Shown here: piece by piece, positions 12,461 to 22,281 of the stretch
Position numbering within the stretch: position 1 is the first letter of the stretch
How the letters are laid out: every line of letters begins with the position of its first letter
Origin: Trypethelium eluteriae
Taxonomy: Eukaryota
Direction: 5' to 3'
DNA length: 41,438 nucleotides
NCBI GenBank assembly: GCA_051942245.1
Contig: JAVECL010000160.1
Coordinates: 1-41,438, forward strand
Translations under genes and position numbers: made by a program
Notes under the pieces: generated by a model
Seen by the model: only the letters and a program-made list of their open reading frames with translations
Told to the model about the DNA's origin: nothing
The model's database searches: none

Positions 12461-13309
12461 CTACTCTGCCCCAGCTGCGCGTCTCAGGACTCCGGCGAGC
12501 CAGTCTGGACGATTGATCATCAAACAATGACCCCCGTCGCATGTCTCGACAACATCGAAAGCGCTGGGCTCTGTTGTCCTCGCCGTCTTGATGATCATGT
12601 CTACGACTTGAGGTGTAAAAGTAGTCTGGTCGTTCGTACCGATAACGTAAGTCGATGGAATATAGCGTAAAGCGCTGTAGGTGGTCTGGCTAGCATATAC
12701 CCCAAGACTCTGTGGTTTCAACTTAGCGGCCCAAGTGTCACCTTGCTCCGAGGTTAAGTCATTGTAAAAGATACGCTTTGCATCGTTGGGTTCCACGTTG
12801 ACAACACCGTTCTGGACGCAGCGAGCAGACAAGTCAGTGCTCATTCTGTTGACAAAATAGACTCCTCCTTGATCATCCAAGGTGCAACTCACCTCCATGT
12901 CGACTTTCATCCAGTCTGGCATTTGGGCGCCTCCAGCCGTTGGCTGAAAGCCTTCAGGCATGGCAAACGCCATGATAAAGACGAGACGGATCACTCCACC
13001 TTTGAGGCCTTTGGATGAACGCTCTTTGGCGCCCAACCCAACAGGTGCCTCATTGGCAGGCATACCTGCATATGAATGTGATACCAGCACAACATCTTTC
13101 TCTTCTGATACGATAAGGTGCGTCAAACAGTCTCGAATAGCCTTGACATCATCTGTGAAACCTGGTTTCGGCGGATTTGCTCCGACCGAAGAGAGTGGTA
13201 GACCAATCGTTGGGTAGCCAGTAGCCTTCAAGATTTGCATTGTTTCTCCGTAAATGTCGGGTTGGTGCCATGCGCCAGGAACACATACAATAGTAGGCTT
13301 CGACATCAT
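12461..13309 (-). CDS. Alpha/beta hydrolase (Abhydrolase_6 type), one 81-nt intron at 12892-12812
   Basis: VPGAWH oxyanion motif, SHSYAG nucleophile elbow, TYVIGTNDQ, GGHCLM. The intron GTGAGT..CTGAC..CAG is stop-free and a multiple of 3. Confidence 0.9.
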   Translation of the reverse strand: MMSKPTIVCVPGAWHQPDIYGETMQILKATGYPTIGLPLSSVGANPPKPGFTDDVKAIRDCLTHLIVSEEKDVVLVSHSYAGMPANEAPVGLGAKERSSKGLKGGVIRLVFIMAFAMPEGFQPTAGGAQMPDWMKVDMEVSCTLDDQGGVYFVNRMSTDLSARCVQNGVVNVEPNDAKRIFYNDLTSEQGDTWAAKLKPQSLGVYASQTTYSALRYIPSTYVIGTNDQTTFTPQVVDMIIKTARTTEPSAFDVVETCDGGHCLMINRPDWLAGVLRRAAGAE

Positions 13310-14318
13310 GAAGATACAGATATAGGCTTGATGAAGGTGAAAGGTAACATTGCAAGTCGTCTATGTCAGGAGGAATATCAAGTCGCGATTACGGGGCACA
13401 TTTAGACTTAGGGTAGCAGGAAGCCGAATGATATGATGGACACTCTTCAGCTCTCCCACGCCAAGCAAAACGGGAGTAAAGCCCGTTTAGGCTGGCCTCC
13501 TCTCCAACATGTTGCCCACATGCACGTCTGCATTACCAGGTTGTGATTTTAGCTGATAATGTGGGTATTTGCAGCCTGTGCCGTATTTTCGATTCCATCA
13601 CACTACTGAGCTGAAAGTGAAACCCAGCATCCCTTTGCGGCGTCAAAAGCTCGACTCCGAAAATCGTATCTCAATCGGGAAGGTACTTGCACAAATGTAG
13701 GCAACTTTTCCAGCTCATCTTCAGGCATGCAGTCCATTAACGAGGTTTCATAGATGGCATTTCACGCTCCTATTAGTCTAACCAGGTTAAGTGTGGAAAA
13801 AGGAGGCGTGTCGGCACTTGAAACAAATCATACGGGGAAACTAGGATATATAGTAGAGCGAAACTGAGAAATCTAGGGAGGAAGGAGAAGTTTTAGGTAA
13901 TGAATGATGACTGCAAAATGGGTAGGAAAAGGCTGTGAAGTGGAAAAGAGGAAGGAGAGTTGGTAGCTGTAGGGACAGTGGCGTGCATGGCACTGGTATG
14001 GGTAATACATAATAACGGACCAGTTACGCTATGTCAGTCTGAAGGGATGAAGGTATAATAAATAAAGGAGAGGGGGAGAGATGATGGAGACAGAGAAAAC
14101 AGGCGGTGAAGGCGATAAAGTGAAGATGGCGATGGAAAGGAGAAGGATAGCGGCAAGATTATGAAGCCTTGAAGGGTTCAGACCATGAGAGACACGTAGG
14201 ATAGATCCACTAAAGAGCAAGAGCTTTGATAACAGAATAGAGAAGGGTGAAGCTCAACAACGCCATCGAGCTGGTCTGTGAATTTTGACGCATGTCGCTT
14301 GGCCGAAAAAGTGGGGTT

Positions 14319-15236
14319 TCATGGCTTTCCCTTCTAAATCTCTGAGAGGAAGTCCTCAGTTTAAGTAAACTCGTGATCTGGGAATCCTCGATTCATATCA
14401 TTCGACACATCTTATGCGCCTTTATAACAGCTTAGCAGACTCCTAATGGGGACTGTCCTAGGAAGAGTAGATGCTTGATCCTCAGAGACTGCTTAATAAT
14501 AGGTTATTAGACTTCATAATGTCTTTAGTCTCATGGTTGAAGACGATCTGTAATGGATTGACGTGGTTAGATGTTTTTGAAGGGTAGGTGAGGTAGTTCG
14601 AGAGTAAGCCAGGTTGGAATAGATAAGAAAAGCTTCGAATCTTACCCCTTTTTTTTTGCGTTTACTCCTTCGAGATACTCCCTGATTCTTTCTTTTCTCT
14701 ACCATCACACCTTTTTCACCCTTTCCCTGCGTTGCATCATGTAAGTCGTTGTGCTTATAGACCGTCTTGGATGGGCCTTCCCTTATCATTAACATTCGCT
14801 TGGCGTAAACCGTTTCCCGCCGGCTACGATAGTAGCGTTAATGAGACTCTTCCAAGCCTTCTGGTCGATGTCTGAGAGAGTCGAACGAAAGACAACAGGG
14901 TATGGGTTCTCTGGAAAATTCCAACCAAGCCTATCAGGTAGTTATCATAGTCTAGTCTACAGTCTTCTAGTGCAATGTTAGCGCGATAGAATTTCTGCTT
15001 GCTCTTTCCTGACTAAGAGCACCTTACGAGTGCCGAACATACACGTAAATAACGAACTCTAGAGGTCTGCTTTAACTTTCTAATCAGTATAGTGACAACT
15101 TGTTTCTTTGACGCTAGGAGGGCATCAATGGCTTCGTGGGAGGCCTCTAAGCAATACATTAGTTATTCCGGATTGTCGTCCAAGCAAATGACTTTGGCGC
15201 ATATCCGGATCCACCGGCCATAACGACCTTGACTAT
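14319..15236 (-). pseudogene. NmrA-like NAD(P)-binding oxidoreductase pseudogene
   Basis: Minus-strand fragments in family order: (ATA)VKVVMAGGSG, EAIDALLASKKQVVTILIRK, THTLLSFV, SLINATIVAGGKRFTPSE, IREYLEGVN, LFQPGLLSNYLTYP, KGA*DVS, PDHEFT*TEDFLSEI*KGKP*. Contains stops and frameshifts. Confidence 0.85.
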
Positions 15237-15636
15237 GGCCAAACATCCTTCAGGGTTGCTTGTCTGAACCGTCTTCAGTGCCAATATAACTTCGAGATGC
15301 TCAAAAGTCTTCTTAAGGGTAATCGTGTGGGATGCGGAATCAGATTAATTAATTTACAATAACTCGCAAGCTATATGATTCGACACAGATGTGCGACATG
15401 GTGGTCAGCGAAAGCATGTTGTGCTTGACTTAAGTACCTCCGTAGATGCCATCGGCTGGATGCAGCATTCGTGGAATGGCTTTCGACAGCGCCACATATC
15501 CTGCTCTGTCCAGTAGAGCTTGCTTCCATCTCATTCGAAACCAGTGTGTCCATCATTGCGGTCTGTGACAAGTCGAAGGAAACATGCAGGCACAGCGTCT
15601 ATGCGCAGGGGTGGTCGGACTCCTTGAGCTATTAGT

Positions 15637-15716
15637 TTCACAGCAATTTTAGCACTGGCAGAGGACATTGCCACGAGCTGGAAGAACTTTTCCCCACACT
15701 CCAATGAACTTTCTCT
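15637..15716 (+). repeat. Direct repeat R2 copy a (duplicate of RPA12 upstream region)
   Basis: TTCACAGCAATTTTAGCAC..GGAAGAACTT.TCCCC.CACTC matches 16005-16093. The first 33 nt are 31/33 identical, followed by two indels. Confidence 0.9.
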
Positions 15717-15725
15717 ACCTGGCCT

Positions 15726-15855
15726 GGTTTAATGGCAGAGGGTTGATCTATTGATGATGTACCTGTCTTTCTTGTACTCCGTACCAAACCGTGAATGCTG
15801 CCGTCTCTGTGGCACGTGCGGGAATATCCGATTTTGACACCATCTCCAGCCATCC
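15726..15855 (+). repeat. Direct repeat R1 copy b (orphan pepP 3' end GLMAEG* plus flank)
   Basis: GGT TTA ATG GCA GAG GGT TGA versus pepP GGT CTG ATG GCA GAA GGA TGA. The downstream 57-nt block is 46/57 identical. Confidence 0.85.
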
Positions 15856-16004
15856 GCCGCATCTATATTTACATTAAGAGAATTGGCCTACCATTCGTGG
15901 ATTTATCACGAAGTGGAGGTGGACGTGCCATGGAGGAGGAGGTGGAGGATTTGGTGATGTGTCAAGACTTTTGGCGGGGCACACTGCCCCGTTTCGCTAG
16001 CGCG

Positions 16005-16093
16005 TTCACAGCAATTTTAGCACCGGCAGAGGGCATTACTGCCAGGAGCGGGGGCGGGAAGAACTTATCCCCGCACTCATTTACACTTTCTTT
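16005..16093 (+). repeat. Direct repeat R2 copy b (RPA12 proximal upstream region)
   Basis: Partner of 15637-15716; ends about 45 nt before the RPA12 ATG. Confidence 0.9.
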
Positions 16094-16137
16094 AATTGAG
16101 CGTTTACAGAATAGCAAAACTCGCTACAAGTCCAGTA

Positions 16138-16611
16138 ATGGCATTAGTCGGTAGTCTCCTCTTCTGTACCGACTGTGGCAATCTTCTTGACCGCCAGCCT
16201 CCTGCCGAGCCCAAGATCATCTGCGCAACCTGTAACTCCCTCAATAAAAGTACACCTAGTCTTTTCATCTCTCCGTCTCTACGCTGACTCCGACTCGAAG
16301 ACAGATGGCCTTCCACCACCGTGACGACCTCGAAGCCTTCCGCTTTCCCCTCCTCACTTCGCCAAAAGCGCGGCGATATCCAGACCGTCAACGCCGAGGA
16401 CATTCAAACCTGGGCTACTACCCAGACGACATGCCCGAATTGCGACAACCCAGAGACGCTGTTCAAAGAGCAGCAATTGCGGAGTGCGGATGAGGGCACG
16501 ACAGTGTTTTATTATTGCGAGAAATGCAAACATAGGTATGTGGGCGCTGTGGTTGGGAGGTTTTGAAGGCGCCATTGCTGATCGTGGGCCAGGTACAATA
16601 CTAATAATTGA
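16138..16611 (+). CDS. RPA12: RNA polymerase I subunit A12.2, ~121 aa; exons 16138-16249, 16301-16535, 16593-16611
   Basis: MALVGSLLFCTDCGNLL zinc ribbon. TFIIS-like CPNC..QLRSADEGTTVFYYCEKC. Spliced end RYNTNN*. Confidence 0.96.
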
Positions 16612-16865
16612 GGTAAATCGAGGCAAGTCAAGCAGCACCCAATTCAATACTGCTACGTATGCGACATAGCAACAAAGCCTGCAAAATATGGAAGGGGGAA
16701 GTACAGTGCTCTTGCCAAGAGAGGATACTGAGGAGTACGGAGAGAAGGTACCTCCAGGCAAGGGGCAATGCCTATGGTTGTACAACCGTGGCACCTGCGG
16801 TATTTAAATAATTCCAAGGACTCCGCGACACGTTCAACCACGCCCCACCGAATCGAATCAAAGAT

Positions 16866-17339
16866 TTGACTCTATCATTTTGCAACGGTTCAGCTTCGTC
16901 CACCTCAACCCAATCACGGTGCTTTTCGAGCTCATCGTCAATATCTCTGAACGAAATCAGCATGCTTGACGAAAACGGTAAAGTGCACGCAATCATCTCG
17001 ACCTATAAATACCATCTTGGTCCGCATGAGCAAAGCGGAGAAGACCTTGAGCAGATCGCAATTCTTCTTGGCTGTCAGAAGCGAAAGTTTCAGAGGATTG
17101 TGGATCGAGACAACTACATTTGGGTCAGGGCCGAACTGGTCCTTAGATGTGCTATGCGCCAGCACGGCTTCAAAGCATGTGGGATTTTTGACACTAAGAA
17201 TGGATTGCGCCTCGAGTACTCATCTATGGCAGCCAATGAGGCCAAAATGCCACAATGGTTTCCACACCAGTATCTCGTAGAAAAACCTGAGATTGCACAC
17301 GTCGAACTCGATGGTTTCATCTTAGTATTGAAAATCTAG
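16866..17339 (+). CDS. Orphan ORF (157 aa; first ATG at ~16962), possibly a gene remnant
   Basis: Open frame only; no motif recognised. Confidence 0.25.
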   Translation: MTLSFCNGSASSTSTQSRCFSSSSSISLNEISMLDENGKVHAIISTYKYHLGPHEQSGEDLEQIAILLGCQKRKFQRIVDRDNYIWVRAELVLRCAMRQHGFKACGIFDTKNGLRLEYSSMAANEAKMPQWFPHQYLVEKPEIAHVELDGFILVLKI

Positions 17340-17866
17340 TACGGTGATGGGCTGCTTGTCGATAGTGGTCCTTTGGTTCCCTGCGGTGTTGTCGTGCAAC
17401 GTGGTTTGCGTTGTGATGGGCAGGATTCCCGGCGTTTTATTGCGTTGCTCAAACGATGCGAGATGAACCAAGTTGCCGTCATCATGGCAGGGCGAATTCA
17501 GGCAGAAGTTGGTAGCATACGACATGTGCAATGCACAATAAACAGCAAGACATTAGTCTAAATTTTCTATTCAACCTGCCAGGGTTTGATTGTCATTTCA
17601 AGCCATCATCGTCAAGGTATCAAATTGAGAGAAAGCCCTGTGCCAAATTCCCATCAAAGGAGCCTTCCCTACCGTACCTTATCATAGGCAACGACAATCA
17701 GCCATCCCAATTCATCATGTTGCCCACCCAGCCAGACAAATGCAATGTTTCGAAAGGAAAGGTATTCGAGGATGGAAACCCCTGGAGAATCCTAATGCTA
17801 GAGCTGACTCCGACCCGTGCAAACCTAATGAACTACGCGTAATCATCGTTGAAGTCGATGTCCGCC

Positions 17867-19391
17867 CTAACCCTGGAAGAGCAAACCAGCTGCGTACTCG
17901 ACATTCCCTCCTGTTGCTTCGAGAGCGCGGATGGCTTCATCGCGTGAGAACCCGAGGCTCTGCAACTGATTGATTGATTCCTGTGGGAAGGAAGCTGGCG
18001 CTGATCGTTGCGTAGGTTGCGGACGTTGCGATGTAGTCTCTGGCTTCAGGGTACGGCCTGATCCCTTGAAGTTTGTTGAATTTTCCGGAGAAGGACCTGA
18101 GGATGGACCAGGAGTAGAGGGTCCTCCGACAGGTCTCACGGCGCCGGATCGCGCTCCGATTTCTGTCCCATTGGGACCAGCCAGGGTCGGCTCGTTCAGC
18201 TCGGCCTCCTCTATGTACTTGGGGATCTCGCTTTCAGGTAAGAAAGGAACTTCGTTTCCCTGAAACCTTAGGACGCCTTGCTGCAGATCGATACAAGCTT
18301 GGTATCTCTTCAACATATCGAGGCCGAGCAACAGATCTACGTCTTTGCCTTCCATGACTGTGAAAGCACTCGGTAGTTCAGCGTCTCCGATCTTGATGAC
18401 GGCATGATGGACACGTCCAAGGATCTTGGCGGTGCCCACGCCCCGCGCAATACCGGCATAACGCGTATCAATGAGGCGCATAATACCGCATGCTTCAGCG
18501 CACGAGGGCGACATAATAGTAGCTTGAGCGCCAGAATCGACGAAGGCTTTAACGGGATAGCCATTAACTTCCGCATTAATGTATAGCATAGTAACCCGGC
18601 CGAAGACTGTAAGAGCAAGGGGTCACGGTTAGTCTCGTACGGCATAGTAACGACAGGGGAGCTAAAAAGTAGATAGTGTACCTTCGGGATTTTCCTCAAG
18701 AGCATGCCGCAAATTTTCCATCACATTATTCTGCTGGATCCTCTTCTCAATCTCAATCTGAGCATCTGTATTGAAAGGGTCTTCTTCTAGCAGTCGTGCC
18801 TGCTCTGCACGCTCCCTTGCGCGCTCGTCGTCTTCTCGCAACATTTGGTAGAACGTTTCTCTGAAGCGATCTCGGTCGTACAGTGTGGCAATCAAATCCG
18901 GATTCTGCTCGCGCAGACGAGCTTGTCCACCGGAATCGCTCAACAGTCTGAGTCGGAGAGTCTCGAGCTCGTCCGGGGAGGGTCGTTGCCTGCCCGAAGC
19001 AGCACCGTTACTCGCTTGATTTGGTCGGCTTGAACGTGAGGACTGCATGGGGTCGCTGTTTATAAACAACGCCAACATCTCGCCATCACTAATGCCCGCA
19101 TCACTCAGGGTCCTGCTGTCACCCAACAACGGTGATCCGTTGAGGAAAAAATGCTGTGAATTTATGGGGAGATTGGTCTCTGCTTCAACGCTGCTTTTCA
19201 GCCCAGCAATAGTGACATCGCCTGGAAGATCGAGAGTCACAAGCTCTCCATTGTGCTGCTGCTGAGGAGCGTTTATGGAAATGGTAACACGCGGCCTAGA
19301 CTCGCCCAAAGTCGTTAGCTACGCCTTTTCCCGTTGAATGTTGCACAAAAACCGTCTATCGGGCCCAGGTTCACCCGTGTGACACTTACAT
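17867..19391 (-). CDS. DDI1: DNA damage-inducible protein 1 (UBL-RVP-UBA), ~451 aa; exons 19391-19390, 19295-18682, 18606-17867
   Basis: N-terminal UBL. Retroviral-like protease motif PEVFGRVTMLYI..KAFVDSGAQATIMS. C-terminal UBA (LQSLGFSRDEAIRALEATGGNVEYAAGLLF). Confidence 0.96.
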
Positions 19392-20495
19392 TCTGGTCAA
19401 GCTGTGTTAAGCGGTGGAAAGAAGATAGGAGGTGGGTGCCTGCCTTGCGGGTAGTCGATATGCAAGTCGCTCGAAAGAGAGACGAGGGCGTGAATTGAGA
19501 GGCTCGGTGTAAGTGACGGGGGTGACACTGGCGCCAGCGGGTGTAATTGAGGAAAGTGGCGGGTATTTGGAAAGATCGATCTGGCAGGTATAAAAGGAAG
19601 GCGATAATTCGTAAGCGTGTTGCCGCCTAGAGAGCAATTTGAAATGTTTCGTTCTCGGTCACAGCGGCGAGAGAAGGTGATGGAAACCGAAAGGCCAGCC
19701 AAGTTTTCGCACCCGAGAATGTTAGGGAGGCTGCGGAACGCGAAGCAGCACGTGAGAAGCCTCTGGTGAGGGCGAACAGCGATACATGTGTGCCGGCAGG
19801 AGCTCTGGGGAGTAAAGAGTTGGGAGTGTTGGAGGAGGCTGTTTGGCTCCGGTGGGTACGTCGTGTGAGTGACGCTGAACCTTGACTTGAATTCACCGAG
19901 GGGCATGCCCGAGCACCATCGTCATCGTTGGTTTCATGCCTGCCTTTGCATCGCATCAGCCTGCCCTGGACTGCAGCTTGAATTGCAGGCATCTTTTTAA
20001 TATCCACTCGTTGCCGCGCAGAGTGCGAGATTCGCGTTCACCACACCCACTCGACGTGCTCCTCGCAACGGCCAGCCTCGTACAGCATTAAGCATAAACA
20101 CCTGGCCGCATGTACGAGCGCAGCAGGTACATGAGCAAGCTTCCCATTGGGTATCTGCACCGCTCTTTCCAACTCGTGCCTTCTCTTCTGGGGTTGCCCG
20201 GTTCATCTGGGCGTTGACGCTGCAGGGACGACCGTTCCTGGACATGTGTCGTCGCTACAAGACCACCTCTCCGTGAAAAGGAAGCAATTTCATTGTTTGC
20301 TCGTGCAAAGCCTCTTAACGACTTTCCATACCGGTTTCATCTATCTTATCTACCCTCCACCGCTCGTCATCTCGTGTGCAAGCCTCTGTGACACTGAGCA
20401 GCCTCTACGCATCTCTGTACCACACGAACACGCAGCCAAAATCTGCCCGAGTGCAGGTGACAGCACATCAAGCATCGCTCCGCAGATCCGTTGCC

Positions 20496-21772
20496 ATGCC
20501 TCGCGATTTCGTGGCCGAAAAGGATACCCTCAAAGACATGCCTCCTTTGGAGAAATCATCCGGAAAGTTAACCGACGCACTCGATTTAGATACCTCCAAT
20601 AGCCCACTCACGGGAACAATGGGTCCAGAGGATCCCAGAAGTAAATTTCATCCATTCACACAGATTCTTACCTTGAAAGACGTTGAAAGTTGCCTGAAAC
20701 TTGAAGAGGCTGTGTTTCCGCCTCATCAGAGGTGTTCGCGAGAAAAGGTAAGCCAACCACTTTCCAGAATTCCAGCTGCCATGTCGCTATCCGTTCCCAC
20801 ATCTCGTTCCCGCGTCAGACCCATGGAAATTGGAGATAGGGCCGATTCTACCTGGCGCGATTCCAAGCAGATGTTGGCACCCTTCTGTGTCATCGACACT
20901 ATGCCTAACTCTCGCCCGAATCAGCAAGTCGGGCATCTCTACACGAGTGCCTTTGTATCAGGATGTCTCGTGTGCAGGATCTATTGGGCTTCAATACTCG
21001 TGCTTTCAGCGATACTTGCCCAAAGGTTTCATAGCATCAGTTGCACACTTGTTTCCAACGAACCATTAGACCTTGTTGAAACGTAGCTTACCACTATGCA
21101 GTTGATATACCGTTTCTCGAAATGTGGTGAGCTATGCACTGGTCTTTTCACTTCTGCTGGTCCAGATTCGGAAGCGAATCAATTATGTACAGCGGCGACC
21201 GCCGAGCCAGTTCTGACTGACGAGCCCGATCGCAAACTCGTCCTCCTTGGATATGTGATCGTTACTAAAACGGACAATCCGGTTGTCAAAGATGAAGACA
21301 TGGCTCTCCCCGAGAATTGGCAAGAGCAAACGACCGTCGACACACGCCTTGGACACAAGGAGCAGGGCCGAACAATAGCTCTACATTCCCTCGCTGTCGT
21401 TCCAGAGTGTCAAAAAATGGGTTTCGGCCAGATGCTTCTGAAAGGCTATATTCAGCGGACTCAAGCCAGCGGAGTAGCAGATCGGATAGCTCTGCTCACT
21501 TATGACAAGCTTATTCCTTTCTATGAAAAGTTTGGTTTCGAAAACAAGGGGAAGAGTGACGTTGCTTTTGGTGGTGAAGTCTGGAATGACATGGTTTGTC
21601 AATTACAGGATTGGCATGATATGGAAGCTGTCGATGACATGAGCTGATGGGTGAACTTCTGCAGATATACCGGGTTGGTAGTGGTTCGCCGTATGCAACT
21701 TCTCGGAAGCAGCCGACGGGCAAGACGCCTAGCGTCGGGCCTGAAAAGGCACTTTACTCAAATGTGAGGTGA
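20496..21772 (+). CDS. GNAT N-acetyltransferase (polyamine/arylalkylamine acetyltransferase, PAA1-like), ~283 aa; exons 20496-20747, 21102-21593, 21665-21772
   Basis: LEEAVFPPHQRCSREK|LIYR, GHKEQGRTIALHSLAVVPECQKMGFGQMLLK, LIPFYEKFGF..FGGEVWNDM. Confidence 0.9.
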
Positions 21773-22281
21773 TTGATCAAGGGAATCGTGGAATGATGCA
21801 CAGAGAGCGGCAGAACAACACAAAGTTGGCGCCCTCGTTTAGATACTGGGGAAGACAACGGTCTTCGAGATTATTGCTAGGTACCTTTGAGGGATCTGGG
21901 AAAGGAAACTCAACGTCCGGTAATGGCACAGTGGCGACAGCACACCACAACTGTCTTCAGTAGGTCATCTCAAAAGGTATATTGACTGTTCCGTCCACAA
22001 AATGGAGCTTTAGCTTAGACGACAATCATTAGAGATTGGTAAAATCGCAATATATTCTGAACAGTCCGTCTGGTGTTTTGAAGTATAGAGTAAAGCGCGC
22101 TAACTATACGTAGTTAGCCGAACTATGGGATACTCCGGCGGAACATCGGAAAGTAGATAATCCGGTGGGGTGAAAGTCCGCGAACTTTTTTGTCGCTTGC
22201 AGATCCACTGGAGCCACCCTGTCGCCGCAACAGCTCCACCACCTACACATTTCCGCGCTGCACGACAGGTGAAATACCAAG

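Larger units (their letters stand above)
7873..15636. other. Accessory island with secondary-metabolism-type cargo, bracketed by duplicated pepP-end and RPA12-upstream sequence
   Basis: Lies between R1a and R2a. All recognisable cargo genes are on the minus strand and two are damaged. The second copy of the interval (15726-16106) has no island. Confidence 0.7.

Noticed and set aside
13780..14220. Purine-rich tract in the island, first suspected to be LTR/retroelement debris
   Set aside because: No RT, integrase or LTR features; the adjacent degenerate region proved to be an NmrA-like pseudogene.
15973..15993. Hairpin GGCGGGGC-ACACT-GCCCCGTT upstream of RPA12
   Set aside because: A single short stem with no evidence of function.
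19400..19900. GC-rich intergenic stretch containing GAGGAAAGT (RNase P/MRP-like motif) and overlapping ORFs
   Set aside because: The other conserved RNase P/MRP regions were not found; the composition fits the DDI1 leader/promoter.
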